A DNA stretch of 64,000 nt, taken from assembly GCF_964204645.1 (NCBI RefSeq), contig NC_134029.1, forward strand, positions 24,050,950 through 24,114,949. Reading direction: 5' to 3'. Both the position numbers and the translations under genes were made by a program. The notes beneath the pieces were generated by a model. That model was not told the DNA's origin, ran no database searches, and saw only the letters and a list, made by a program, of their open reading frames with translations. Numbering within the stretch: the first letter of the stretch is position 1; every line of letters begins with the position of its first letter. Origin of the DNA: Tubulanus polymorphus (taxonomy: Eukaryota; Animalia; Nemertea). Below, piece by piece: positions 1-14,568 of this stretch.

Positions 1-3000
1 ATCTGCCATTAATTACGTTGCATTTCCACAAAATAGAAATTGTAATCGTATCTCCATCTCGAAATGGCTTCCATCAACGGCGTGGTGGCTGAGCCACTCT
101 CATTCAGATCAAAACAAATCACTGCAATAGAATTTATATAACGTTATATTCATTTATTTCTTTGTGAATTGTAATATTTCCTTTACTTATCTAAAGAATT
201 ACAATCAAAATTAGAAAATAATCAAATTACAATGCAGAAAAACCATTAAAAAGATTGCTGTAGGTAGTAAGTACAAAATGTTCGGTCGTGTAATCAGTCG
301 TATTTGATAAACCTGAACTGGAGGCATGAACGAAGGCTTTCTTTATGATGGTAATGTGAGTTAAGGTGTTGTTAATTACACTGATCCACGAGTTGAATGA
401 ACTTAATTGATACAGGTATTCAGATTATAACAATTTCTTTTCAGAATTCTGGTGTCGGCCATTTTTTCTACCATATCGGATCTCAAAAACTAATAACCCT
501 TGACAGTCGAGCAGTCGAGTCGGCTGAATCTCAACTTACTCTCTTCTATCGTATTTCAAATTACTGAAAATATTCCACGCATGAAAACACGTGACTACAC
601 TTTAACGGCTTCGATGTTTTAAAAATGAAACTCGCATAAAGAACTCTTTATGATAATTGCTCGTAAAGTGTAGGAAGCCGTTTAAATATTCAAAATAGAC
701 AGAACGGTTACTTAGAAATAACGGATTGTAATATGCAAGAAAGGATTTAGTAATTGGAAAATGCCTTGACATTTTCCTAATTATAGTCTTTGTTCTAAAT
801 ATCGGACACAGAACTAAGAGGTGAAGGCATACAATAATAGCCTGTAGGCCTGTATGCCTTGTATATACGACAAGGTGAGCCGTGGTCCTAATCTGTTGAG
901 TTTATCAAGCAAAAACGCGAAGCATCTGTCAATTCTATTTGCCGAAAATACATTGCTTTGATGCTCGATGAGAAATGAGTGTAAAAAGTCTGGCGGAATT
1001 AATCTCCTGGTATACACACAACATCTCGCGCTCTTTATCTTAATTCAGTAAATGCAATGCGTTACATTTACGGAGCTTCCAATTACGTCAAACACGAGAG
1101 AACATTTACCAAGAAACGAAATTAATTACGAGAAATGTGGTGGTTTAATTCTTTGTAATCGGAGAAGCCAAGCCGGTTGTTACTGTATCAAAGAGTCCGC
1201 CGTCACTGGAGGAAGGAAAATCAGTGATACAACGGATGAATGTTACTTGTTTAATTATCACGAGTGATCTTTAGAATTATTGTTTTTACGGTTTTCTGAA
1301 ATCGGTTGATAAGTTCACGCGTCTCGGCTTCGCGATCATGTCACGACACCCGCCATTGGATCCGGCTCTAGACTCTCATAACTGGCCCGCACTGAGTGAC
1401 GTCTGAACGCCGGACACCCGGACGCCATTTCCGAGCATCTTCTGTGACTTGACCGCCATCGCAATGGACGCTGTGGCGTTACGATTAAGAATTACAGCAC
1501 CATTCTCGAGTTCCGTGTCAGATCAACGAACCAAATATGAATGAGCTGAACTTAATACAATGCCACATTTTACAGATTAAGATGTTTCAGTTCACGCGAA
1601 GTGAACCTATATCAAACGAAATGACGACTTTACAGACCGCCGCAAACCAGAATTCAGCGACTACACCTCGTGCCGTCTGCTGATCTCGCTACCTCCGTCT
1701 GCGAGGAGAACTCATAGCATCAATTATAGATAGCCAGGAAAGCGTGCGTTTAATTGCTTTCAAGAATTATATTTCTTAGAGAAAGTGCACCTAAATGGGG
1801 GTCGCATTATCTGAAGTCCCTAAAAGCAATTTTGCGAGGGGAAAGCCGTACGTGAGCCCCCGGCTGAAGAATTCATTTGCATGCCTGTTATTTTATCTAT
1901 TTCCATTTGCAAGTAATTGAATTAGAAACCGACGTGCTGGGGAGCCCGATCCGCGATACAGTCGACTTCATTAAATAAAACAGAATAGCGCAATCTTAAA
2001 ATCTCACGTCTTTCACTGGTTTTTCGCATATTTTTCTCTCACTTCAATCGTCTAAATTTTTATTCGTTTGTGCCAAGCGTGACGTGATACTTTACTCCAA
2101 GTCACTTAAATTTGGCTCTTTTCAGTTTATATATATGTATATATAACCTATGACTTAGCTAATAACATTCTTGTGACAAAAATGGTGGTTGATGGATTCA
2201 TTAGTGTAATTTTTCTTTGATCTTAGACACAGTAAATGTCAGAAAACAACTTCCTTCTCGCGCATAATCAAATTACATATTTTCAACGCCCTTTATTGTT
2301 CGTATACCTGAACGTATTCAGCACCGAAATCTTCATTAATTCTTGGTTATAATTTCAATGCGTTAATGCACTATCGAATTAAAATAACAGTTTATCGTAT
2401 AATCACGCAAAGTCTCGCTCACGGTCAACTGATACAGAAATACACTTTTCTCTGTCGACGCCCGGGAAGACGACTTAAAACTTTATGATATGAATAAACA
2501 AGTCGCTTAAAACGTTTCTTGAAAACGACAAAAATTAATCAAAATATCGACTTAAATATTCCGTCTATCTATATTGTTATTATCGAGACGAATAGAAGTT
2601 GGGCTGCAGCTAAAAACCAATAATTAAGTCATTAATTTAGCTACGATTCGCCGCCGGCTGAAAATACCATTACTATTGATTGCGTCTGTTTAATGCGGTT
2701 CTTCGCGCGACTGATACGCGCGCGGGAGGCAGAGGGAATCCCTTTTTAAAAAGATAACGCCGAATGATCGAGAAATAAATGGAATGAAAATTGATTTTCA
2801 TCAACCGAGAACATTCCGATCTGCGAAATTTGTCATTCTCGTAATAATATCGGAATTAGTGTCCGACTCATTTTCACTGACTCTGTTTTTGAAAAAAAAG
2901 ACGAGCGTGATGATAAAAATAATTCAGCTCTCGACAGTAGACCTAATCAACAAAACGGTTGATTTTATACTGAAAGAAATATTACATTCGAATGAAATGC

Positions 3001-4627
3001 TATTTGGTGACATTTAGTCAGCAACATATGTAGCGAACAAGTAGGGAGAATTTTTATCAAAATAAAAGCTTTTTGATTGCGCTACAGTTTTTCGAGTAGG
3101 TAATTTTCCATCTGACGGAATTCCAAGCACTTCATTAGGAATCTGACGAGTCGGACGCCGATTCCAATTTGCCAAAGTTTTAAATTGCAGGCGTCACGTT
3201 GCCAACTAGAATAAACCCTAGTCTTGTATGAATGCGATCAGAATGTCGAACGAGGCGAATGACCCGAGGCGCGCATAGAGAAACTGCCGAACAAAATCAG
3301 TTAGAGACTGATGGTTTATTATCATTGAATCGGATTGTTGGCATTTTTCTTGTGAATTAATTAAGGTGCGGTTTATGATTCTTCGAAGCGCAGCGGCTGA
3401 GAGCAAAAACAGAAACAAGTCTCAATTTCAAATAGGTTTAAATTTCAGGATATTGGCATCGACATTTATCAGGAATTCTAACCGCTTCCAATCGAAGATT
3501 CTGTTGCCTTAAACATGATTTCTAAGTACTTATAAAAAAGGCGTAATAACCGGGAAATGTAGCTAGATATCTAACAAAGCAAGAAGTTTGAGACGCATTC
3601 ATGGTAAGGCCAATTCGTGACGTTGATCTTTGCTCAAAAATGAAATGATAAAAGATCGTCTGCACAATGCGTGATGGACATATTTTTATCTATAAGTGTA
3701 AGTAATTCAGCGTCAACGGTAATTTACAGGTAATATTGTGAATTGAAGACGAAACGCCCACCATGATTTGGTATATAACGGACGAGGCTAAATCCAGACA
3801 AAAAGATATTACGTTTCATTAGCTCTGTTAAGTAACGGCGTGAAGCTTGGTTAAAACTATACAAGTACATTGACATAAATCGATATTGATTCCGGAGAAA
3901 TGTGTTTAAAAATGAAAACCAAAATCTAAAAGACTCGTAGGTGTGAAATGTCGATAGTTGACAATGATTGACTACGTACTTAGGACGGTGCGTTACATTT
4001 TTAAAGAAGCGATAGCGTTTTGGAGAAACTGACGCCGAAACAATTGAAGGCCATGTCGGGTCATCACGAATCTATAGGCGTAACTGATTGAAGACTGGAT
4101 GTCCAAGTCACGGCCTATCGGTGGGCACCAATTCAGCGAGCACTTTCACGAGGAAATTTCGAACACGACGGGCACCGACCGTTAGCAGATTACCCATCAT
4201 CCCATGTCGGAACAAACGGCAATAAGAACGCAGTGATTCCAATTTCCTTTTCAATTACTCTAATGGTCGTGGACAACGGTAATTAACAACCCGTGCGTAA
4301 CAACAAATCGTTTCAGTTTCGCTCCCGCAAATTTATTACGTACGTTTTTCTGTCATATTGACCTGATACTTGCCGGTCGTAGGCGTGAATTAATATATAC
4401 AAGCGAAATAAAGAAATATGTATTTCTGAGAAATGCCTAATTCATTACTTTTTCGCGATTACTCTGACCCTGATGAAATCGCGCGAGAGGCAATTTCTGA
4501 ATATAGCTGCAAATTAGAAACGAAAGGACGTGTTAGCTGTACAGGAGGTTACTGGTCATATTTCAGAATCGTTTTTTATTCTATAATTTTTTTCTAAGTT
4601 ATTTCTTTATTACTGGAATCGACGAAA

Positions 4628-4628
4628 C

Positions 4629-4659
<31 letters not shown>

Positions 4660-4662
4660 GCG
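4628..4662. repeat. (GGC)n/(GAC)n trinucleotide microsatellite
   Basis: cggcggcggcggcggcggcggcggcgacgacggcg seen directly; GC-rich island in AT-rich DNA. Confidence 0.9.
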
Positions 4663-5372
4663 GTGTCGCTCGCGTAGTGTTACTGCCTCCTGTTACTGCC
4701 TCCAGTCACTTCAACTGAAGCGAGACACAAAATCAGATAAATACAGCTTTGAGTAAATACGACACATCGATGAAACGGAACCCGGCAATCACAGCGAATC
4801 AATTTAACTGCAACTGCTTCTGTCACTATTCGAATGCAATAATAATTCTCAATATTTGGAAAGTTGTCAAGATTAAAGTCTTTCATCATCGACTGGTTTT
4901 TATTACAGTTTTGTAGCAATAAAAGGAAATTATCATCAATCTTCAGTCGGTGACGGATTTCGACCAGAAACGAAGACAGCGCCGAAGTTTAATGGCTTCG
5001 ATTATTTAATTTCGAATGCGATTGACGCAATGCTAGCCTTTGTTCGCCGTGTCTGCGTCTTGGACAAAGAACAAGAGGAAACAGACTAAACGTGACGAAT
5101 GAAACAGTAAGCAGACGATCGCCTCGCGACGGCGGACGTCATCAAAAAATCTATTCGAAAAAAGAAGACAATATTTCAAATTGTCAATAATCGCGATATA
5201 ACAATAACGAATGATCTGAAATACTGTAAGTCTAATCACCAGAAAGGAATGATTGATAGCTCGAACAATCATCTAGAAAAAAATGTTTTCAATTTCTAAA
5301 AATAAGTTGTGATGATGAATAAAGGAGTCCTGAACTACGGGTCTGAACGAGAATCCCACAATAAAGACGAGA

Positions 5373-5440
5373 AAATGTTTCCTTGAGCTGATAGTTTATT
5401 CAACGTTTCGACTATAAACTATCAATAGTCATCTTTTTGG
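5373..5440 (-). mobile_element. Degenerate copy of hammerhead-ribozyme-bearing repeat family
   Basis: Reverse complement reads caaaaaga-t-GACTAT-tgatagttt-ATAGTC-GAAAC-GTT-gaataaactatcagctcaaggaaacattt. This is colinear with 53429-53510, but the CUGA core is mutated. Confidence 0.75.
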
Positions 5441-8307
5441 TATGAACCGTACCTTGATTTTTAAGGGTTGAACAGTTCGACAATAATACAACACTTTACG
5501 ACCAGTCTAGCAATACGTATCATCAGCTTATGTATTAGTTTTTATCGACGAAACCCAATAAACAGGAAATGATATAACATAATAAAATGACTAATAAAAC
5601 GGCTCAGATGAAGGATATAGAGATGACGGTAATTTATAGAGAGATGTTACTGGTATGGTTGACGTGTGGTAAGATTTGTGGTCCATGTGTTTTCACGGTA
5701 CTTGCCGCAATCACAGTCGCTGAGATTATTCTGTCAATTTATTTTGATCTATTTCGCCAAAACATTTCGATATCCGGCAATTGCAACTGCAGCAATTGCA
5801 ATCATTACCGGTCACCACGAGCAATAAAAATGCAAAACGTCCCACGAATACGTCTGCGTTTCGAGTCTGAACGCTGGAAATTTATCTATACCGATGATGA
5901 AAGTAAAACAGAACTATGGAATCTATATTTCAGAAACGGGTCACGTATGATAACGTACGATTATCACGTCTAAATTTGGACACGTTAAAAAATCAAAAAT
6001 GTTCTATAAGATTGGAGAAGACATGGAAGTAATCGTTTGAATTAGATTTGAATGAAAATGCATTTCGCAATCACGACCTTCAATTCAACTTTAATTTCAA
6101 TCAATGGATTGTTTTGTTTTTTTGTTCATATGTATCCGGATGTAAAACTTCCTACCTGCACTTTATAGATTAAAAACACTCGTAGTGAAATATCGAATTA
6201 CGAATTTCTATTTCATTTAACTAAACAATACACATAATGCATTTTAAGTCGAAATAGGGGGATATGTGATTGAAAAACTGTAACTTGAATACTGCCGGTT
6301 ATAAAGGAAATTCTTTGCATTAAAATCTTAAGAATAATTCGTAATTCAAAACATGCGCGAAACCCCGGATAAATGACGCACGCACGTCTTTCTTCTGAGC
6401 CGTGCAACAATAATTTCCATTTGGTCTTCCGACGGTGCAGGCGAATCAATGTATTTTATTTCTATTCGTTTTCCGAACTTATTTCATGCTCGGCAAGCGT
6501 ACAAAACAAATGGAGAATTCGGGAATTCAGGTACTGCGCGCCAATGATTAATCGTCAATTCAGGAATCTCATTAAACGACGTCAACCGTCACGGTTGGTG
6601 AATCGATGGTAACGGACGACTTCTATTGCGCCGAGGAGACACAGCGAGTCTCCCTCCACGCGCGCGCGGCCACTAAGCATTCAATTTCCTAAACCTCGCC
6701 TTACTCGTATATTCGAGTCTGCCAATTCGAGACTTTTGACCGACTCGGACAAAAATGAACTAATTTTCTGATTTACCAACATATATTTATTGTCCGATTC
6801 TAAATTCGGACTTTCGCTAACCTAGTACCAATTTTGCCCGTACCGGTCTGTCCGATTTAAGCGGGGTTTGCCGAACAAAACCTTAACAAAGCTTTTGAAT
6901 GATAATTTGCAGTTTATGTCAATGATTAATTTTCAAAATGAGAGAGAAATGACTTTGTGGAGCGTCTGGAGCTGTCGGCATGATGATTACTGCCGAGATT
7001 CAATGCTGAGCTATATAAACAGTGTGTCTGGTCGTCGCTTCCATCGGGCCGAGTCGTTTCTATTACAGGACAAGTGTAAAACGGTCAATCGGTGTAGTTA
7101 GTGTTGTGTGATAATGTTTATAAACGGATGGGACGGGTTGTTAAATTCCGCGCGGAACTGTTCAGAGAAAACTGCAGCAATGTGGAGTTTATTTACGAGT
7201 GCTTCTCTCAATTACCATCGGGTATTACACACACACAAATCAGAGCAATTGCTGAGGTGTGAAATGAAAATAGTGATCGTGATAAATGACACTATCTTCA
7301 ACGTCAACCGCTATACCGCATGCTGATCATATCATCTCATATCACAAACGACCGAAAAACAATCTCCCAGGTCGTTTCGCTCGGAGAGGTCGCCGATTCG
7401 ATGGCAGAGTTTTGATATTTCTAACTCGAGGGAGAATACCATTATCTTTCTTCTCGCACGCAGTATTACAAATTCTTCGATTTCCTAGGATTGTTGTATG
7501 TAGTTAAGACGGTTATCGAGTAATCGTAGATACGGTGAAATAGATTTAGAACCATTGTCCGTCCGTGTTCTCCAACCTCTAGTTACTCAGCTCGACAGTA
7601 GCTGGCAGCACTTTACTGTCCAAAATAAATTCCTCGATTTTTGAAATTGAAACAAACGATCCCAATTTAGTCTTAATACTTTTGTAATATCTTTATATCT
7701 ATTTCAATGAATAAGTACAGGTTTAACAGATATACAATTTTTTGGCATAATACATGTACATGCAATACATTCTAAAGTTTTCAAGACATCAATTAGCATA
7801 CCTGGACTGCATATGTTCAGATCATATTTTGCAAGTTGAGAAGTTTGTAAAAGCACAGAATAAATTCAGAAGAGTGAACATAAATGCTTACAATGGATAG
7901 AAACAAGAAGAGACAATACATATCACAATAAACAATGATCAACTGCCAAAAAGTGCTATCAGTCACAAGCTGAATGTTTTTAAGGAACAATTCATTGAAA
8001 TATGATGGAAAATGTTCAAATCAATCAGTAATCAATGGAAAGACCCTAGGTTACATTTTCCACATTTACATATCAAACCCCAATCAAATCAGTATTTTTT
8101 TGGACAAAATAGTAACAAAATTCTGAAAATCAGTTGGCAGCTGTGAACTTTAAGTCGGTCACTGATGCAGAGATGGCAGCAGCTTCTGTTGTTGTCTCCA
8201 TGCTATCAAAATATGGAGTCAGAAAATGCAAAAGGCTTTAGTTTAGTATGAATATAATGAATATAACAGTTGAATCATAGATAAACATCTCAGTATAACA
8301 GTGAGTA

Positions 8308-11300
8308 TTACTGAAGCATGGCAGGACGGCTTCCTAGATTCAGTAATGTAGATTTCAGATTTAATGCCAAGAATGTCTGTTCAGCTTCGGTGTTTCTGAG
8401 AACGTCGTGAATACATGAAGTAATGCCATAAATTTCAAACAGTTTCTTGTTTCCTCTGAAACAAATAAATACAATGATTCATAAATGTTAGATTCAGTAG
8501 GTTTTAAAGAGCATTAAAATCATATTAAGCAGACTTCACCCAATATGCAGCTATCAATCTTCTCTCTATACACTGCTCTAAACCTCGCCCCTCGGTCGAT
8601 GGGGAAGTCTGGTGGAGGAACACATTTTTCACGAAAAATGTCTGTCTAAACTTGATCATTCAGACATGATACCCTAATTCATTTTCAAAGAAAAATGTCC
8701 GGAGCACTGTAGTACAGGGGGTGGAGGCGCCTAGACGAACATGATTTGAGAAAATGGTGAATATCTGTCAAATGTCTGTCTGAGAGGGTGTGTACAGACA
8801 GCAGGTTGCGATAGCTGCAATAGCGGTACTAGTATATTCGGAAATCCGTTCAAACCAGGAAAATGATTAAAAGATTTTCTACCGTTTGTCAATATGAAAA
8901 ATCCAAAAATATCCAGTACTTAGCTATACCAGTCCATGGGCTACAGGCAGAGTCTACTGTGGAACTAAGAAGAAAACCTCACCTTATTTTCGACAGTTTT
9001 TGAAGTAAAACGCTGAGTTTTTCGATGATTTTCGGGTTGATGTTCGGCATTCGTACGACCATCGCACACGCTCGGAACCAAGTTTCATTGCTGCACGTAT
9101 CCAGAAACGATGGTAAAATATGTGAATCCATCGACATTTGCAACAGAACATCCATCGCATAACCGAGCAGAATCTGCAAAATATACATTCATTATATACA
9201 CGCGATTGAGAACTTATAATGATATCTTCAGTGGGAACAGTTTCTCCTAAAGAGGTTCATTGTGTCACTTGTCACCAACAAGAACAAGACACCAAAAATT
9301 CAAAAAATTTTCAAAACAGTCAGAAGGATTTCATTAGTTTTCCCCTCATCTGTAAGAAAGCTAAGACATTACTGTGATAGACACCAAAAATTCAAATGCC
9401 CTGTTCTCTGATTTTCAAAAAGAGAGTCAGAAGCCATGATTTTCCCGGCAGGGATTTCACTAGTTTTCCCTGAACTGTAAGAACCCTGAGCTAAGTCGTT
9501 ACTTTGATGGGAAAGATGAAACGTACACACATAGATAGACTAATAGATAGACTACTGTAGGTATGTGTTAATACCACATCCTTAAAAATTATCAAATTTC
9601 CAACGTCAAATATTTTCTAAACATGAAACGTACCTTGTTGACTGGTCTGAAATGGTGTAACATGACAGTAGTTGCCTGATAATGTAAAAACAACTGTTTA
9701 CCGGCTTCAGATCGTAAATCATCGCGTAAACATTCAAACACCTGAGCTATATGATCAGCTGAAACAAAACAATTACAACATTAACTCAGAAATACTGAAA
9801 TTAATACCAGTCATGAAATGAGATCAGTAGATCGATGACTTAATCCGGTGTATACCTTTACCTTGAGTTAAAGTTTTCAGTATGATAAGACAAGACAAGA
9901 ATCTAACATGCAAATTATTGCTTTTAAAGTAGAATCCTTCCCTGATTTTCAACGTAGGAGGTCGCGGACTGAATATAGAATCTCGAGGTGAAGGGGGTGC
10001 CACCGGTTCATCGACGAGAACCTCGGTAAATCGTACGCTACGAGGCCGATACAACTCTTCCCCTAAACGACGAAACGTCGACGTGTAGATCGAGGATTTC
10101 TGCAAGAAAACGAAAAGAAAATTACTTTTGAACGTTGATAATAGATTAGTATAGTTCGTGTCACATAGAATTGTTTACAATATCAATGTGACATAGTAGT
10201 CAAATCAAACACTCATATCCATGCAAACTTTAGATGAATAAAGAAATCCCACAAAAGAATTCTATATGATACGATTTATTAAAATGAAACCACAACGTCT
10301 CAGTAACTACCGCATCATTCCACTGAATGTTAGTCAACAGTCGAAATGGTGCGGTTTCATCGCCATTTCATTGTGGGACTTCTTCATTCATCAGGATGTA
10401 GAGAAAAGCCAGAATTGTCTGAAGCCATCGAGAGGTCTCTACAAAAATAAACTAAACAAGCAAAGGAAAGAACAACAATGGTCATGACGAGTTAAGTTGA
10501 GTGGTTATACCTGTGTGCCTTGAGTAGGAGTTTTATCCATATGAACTAATGCCCAGTATATGAACTGTAGAGATGGAAGACAGATCTTAATGTTTACCAT
10601 CGGTGAATCACGAAGAATATCCACTAAACCTGGTAAAACCTACAATAAAACATTCAAAAATATTCTTCAATATGACTCCGGTGGTAAAGGATTACCTTCA
10701 AGGTTATTAATAGGCCAAGTATCCAGGATTCCTGCACCAAATAATCTACCAAACTACATGACTTCTTCCTTCCACATTTTCCATGTTATATCCTGAACTC
10801 ATCCAAAATTCCATGGATTTTCCACATTTCAACTAATGTGAGAAGATGCTGAATAAAGATGTGGAAGACATGGAAGGAAGGGTTTTGGTAAAACAACCCC
10901 TATAACAGAACCTTACCTTAATGCATTTATCATGAACATGTTTTTGTTGACCAGGAGATAGAGTTTTATCTTCAGAATTGATTAGGCTGAGATTCGAATC
11001 AGAAATCCACTCTAATAACGTAGCCATCACTTCATAGGTCACTTGCGGCAACTGAAATAAGATAAAATTACGTGTCTTTTTACAATGTTGTCAAATCTGG
11101 GAAATTTCACGAACACGTTCAAGTGCAAACCTTGGGAATCTTGATTGGTTGTATTCTTTCTTTAGGAGGTGACTGTTTTTTCTGTATTTCTAACAGAATA
11201 TCTGCATCTTGTTTCGTCGTTTTTGTCGGAGCGCCTTTAATTCTCTGTAGGTTAGTAAGACGTGCCTGTAAACCAGACGATTGTTTCTCCAACTTCTCGT

Positions 11301-13463
11301 GTTGTACTTGTAAATCTTCCAACTGAAACACAAAAAATCTGTTTCCTTTTCAGGATGGCCACTTTCCGCCCAATTACAAATCCCCTGAGTTTTCCATGTG
11401 ATTACAGAAAATTCCTTTAAGTTTTTCCAGATTTTTTCTTTCAGATTCCCTGGGTAGCAAAACCAATAAAAATCAAATCGTAACGAATTAAAGAGATTAA
11501 GATAAAAACCTGTTTGCGCAGGGAATCATTTCCCTGTTTGATGTTATCAAAACTATCTTTCAATCGTTTATTTTCTTTCGTTTTCGACTTTAAAAGTTCG
11601 TCGAGGTTTGAGATTTCTTGTTGATGTTGTTGTTTCAGAGACTGAAATAAAATCAATCAGGAAATAATTCGAATGAATTGTCGTTTTCACTGAACGACGT
11701 TCGGAGAATGTAGTAAAATAAAATCTTACTTCTTCGCGAACTTTACAAGTTTTATCGATTTCTTGTTCCAAAAATGTAAACATTCGAGCTTCGGCTAAAG
11801 CGATCTTTTTCTCGCGTTCAGCGACTTCCAGTTCCTTCTGATGAATAATCAAACTCTTCTCCTGATCACCGGACAAAAACACTCAATAATCAATGTCAAT
11901 AAACACAAGCTGAATACAGTTTATCCTTTGAATGCGTGTGCAATGATTTCTCAAACTTATTGGGAAATTTTGAAATTAGGGAAATCTTGCCACCATTAGC
12001 GTTACATTTTCAATATTGGTTCATTTCCAATTAACTTGTAACTCAAATTGTATTTGAATGGTGTTTGAATAATGGTATATTTTTCTGTGATTTTTGATTC
12101 ATTTGAAAGACTTTCATAACTACAACATTGTAATAGTGAACTTAGACCTGCCGCAGTAGTTGATGTCCTACTGCACACTGGCGACACCTGGTGGACCCTC
12201 AATAGCCAAAATGGGATCCTCACTTCCCACAGTAAGTTTGAATTGAAGTTATATATATTTTACCTTCAGTTGATTGTGAATAAGCTGTAATTCTGAATAA
12301 ACCCCGACTGTGTTCAAATCACTACCAGCTTCAATTTCATCATCATCAGCTCCCGTTTCATCATCATTCTCTTCCTCTTCTTCGGTCACGGATTTCAACG
12401 ATTCTAAACTCGCGCGACGAATCATTTTGTTCAATCGATTGATTTCAACATCCGTTCGAATCACCGTTCCTCGTCTCGGCGATTCCTCACCAGCGCGAAT
12501 CGGAGCTTGTCGTCCGCTCGGTGATTCCTCATCTGCTGAATCGAACAGACGCAACGTTTCGTTGGAATGACGAATAATCGTCGGTTCAATTGTTGTGTTC
12601 GCGGTTGATTCTAAAAATAGAAACAGTAATCAAAATTTACAGAACATGAAACTCTATTCAGACAAGATCCCCCTTCGCTTCTTGATAGAACAGATAGAGT
12701 TCAAATTTCCGGATTAAATCCTCAGTAAGGCTGTTTTAACCTTCCTTGTGAAACAAACTAGAGTTAGAATTCCCTGATTTTCCCGACAGTGAAAATAAAT
12801 GCCGAATTCCCCTGATCTGTAGGAATCCCGAACAGAAATATTATGATAATGCACGTGATAATGCTATTAAAGGGTTGTAAGAAATTAAAATACAAGCTTC
12901 TTAATTCACCTTCTGCATCGTAATCAGTCAACTGTTCGTATTCCTGCGGTGAATAATATTCCTTCTTCTCAGATATTATCACAAGACCTATAAAACAGCG
13001 AGATAGTAACGTTCAATATTGATTTTATTGTACTACGTTTGATTAAGTCGACCTCGGGTTTTTCAGCACAACCAGACAAGAAAATTATTCTTATAGATGA
13101 AAACATGGAATATCCTCCAAAATTGGAAAACTCATCATCGTAAAAATTCATCAAAATACAGCGTAAGACTATCAGAATGAAATAAGGAATTGTTTATAGT
13201 TGAGAAAGAACGAATAAATGAGAATTATGTTGTTTTTAATGAAATTGTGAACACCGAACATTTTTAGATTTACTCAAAGTATCATTTATATAGATTTCAG
13301 TTGACTATAACAGGATAGAGGTCCGCTCAAGTTGGTTTACCCATGGACCGCAATGGTCTTCACCAACTGACCCTTAGACCTCTATTTTGCATATTTTTTT
13401 CTAGATCAACTGTGGCTTACCATCGAAGTCACTATCAGCTGAATTAATTGGTTCGTAACTCAT
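8308..13463 (-). CDS. CCDC138: Coiled-coil domain-containing protein 138 homolog (12 coding exons)
   Basis: Exons with GT-AG borders and compatible phases: 13463-13421, 12987-12910, 12610-12264, 11861-11730, 11641-11510, 11322-11131, 11051-10917, 10639-10511, 10099-9862, 9758-9634, 9173-8983, 8455-8308 (TAA). Peptides match recalled CCDC138 blocks: VYSELQLIHNQLK, KENKRLKDSFDNIK, LQARLTNLQR, LLEWISD, STFRRLGEELY, FKSNNLHVRFLSCLIILKTLTQ, EKLSVLLQKLSKIR-GNKKLFE. A probable 5'UTR exon ends at the donor at 13968. The first two coding exons are less certain. Confidence 0.9.
8544..8820. mobile_element. Degenerate MITE in the last CCDC138 intron
   Basis: Imperfect terminal inverted repeats tgcagctatc-aatcttctctctatacac ... 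gtgtacagacagcaggttgc-gatagctgca. Confidence 0.6.
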
Positions 13464-13798
13464 CTTTAAACCTGCAAAATAAAAAGTTTCAACATTACGC
13501 AATTAATTGAGCTGAGCTGATCCAGGCTGGATATTTCAGCCGATAAATTCCTTCATATCTTTTGAACCGCTTGACCGATTTTGGTTCTGTAAATTGCTAT
13601 GATCTTATATTAAACTCTTCTTTCATATAGATACCTTGAAAACCCTACTGAGTGAGGATGAAGTAGAGAAGCGATGTTTATAATAATAAATAAATAGATC
13701 GAATATTCAAAAGAAATAGATTTTCTTGAAAATAGCTACTTGTTGTAGTGAGGGCCGATTGTGTGTCCAATGACAATGTGTCACCAAAAACAAGGCAT

Positions 13799-13828
13799 CA
13801 GACAGAGACAGAGACAGAGACAGAGACA
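13799..13828. repeat. (GAGACA)n hexanucleotide microsatellite
   Basis: cagacagagacagagacagagacagagaca; it explains the LSLSLS and TETETE ORF artefacts. Confidence 0.9.
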
Positions 13829-14431
13829 GGGCCAGCCAGACCAGGTTCGGGCTGTTGCACAAGTGGTGTGCAGCAGGTTTTAGTGACGTCGTGTGTATGG
13901 AGAAAGTGCAAACGCGACGGGAACGACACATATTTATTCATATTACCTCTTCTTATCTTTTACTTACCTTAAATCAACTTTTCGATCATTTTTTAACAGT
14001 TTTAAGGCGTCTTCAAAAATCCCGGAAATAACTACTTAGCGGTTAGAACATACACTTCAAATCCTTATTCGATAATACGTAGACCGGGTGGCTCCGAGTT
14101 AATAGCTCCGATATAGATGGTTGCTGGGACAGCACGTCGATTGCCAGAGTTGACTTTAGTTAGTGTATGAAAATCCCGCTAACGATGAGCATAGCGGCAG
14201 CACTGTACGGTCGGGACGCCCCCGTACATCCTTCATTCAGCATCAGGACAATTCTGAAACAGTATCAGTAATTACTGGGTTTGAACCCGAGACCACTGAC
14301 TGGTGAACTAACAAAGTTCAGATAAGCTTAACAGATAAAGATTTTCAATCATATTTATTTTCATACAGTCTACAACAATCATACAAAATGCCAGGTTTGT
14401 GCTCGAGGAATTATAACGTAAGCTCCTCAAA

Positions 14432-14568
14432 CACGTGGACTGTATTTCAAAAACAGTCCAACCATGGACGTATAAACTATTAACTAGAGTTTATACATCC
14501 ATGGTCCAACCATAGACTCTAAAACAGAAACGTCTATGGCCTACAACCATGGACTCTCAAGTCCACGG
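14432..14568. mobile_element. Cluster of four tiny palindromic elements with CCATRGAC...GTCYAYGG ends
   Basis: Hairpins at ~14434-14460, 14462-14504, 14510-14539 and 14547-14568. The second is flanked by TCCAA on both sides. Confidence 0.7.

Noticed and set aside
9824-9861. KSSIY repeated in the intron read-through of a CCDC138 exon
   Set aside because: It is a very short match in intronic sequence after the true donor at 9862, and likely coincidence.
14273-14310. tRNA gene (gggttcaaacccag B box on the minus strand)
   Set aside because: No cloverleaf can be formed; at most it is a decayed tRNA-SINE fragment.
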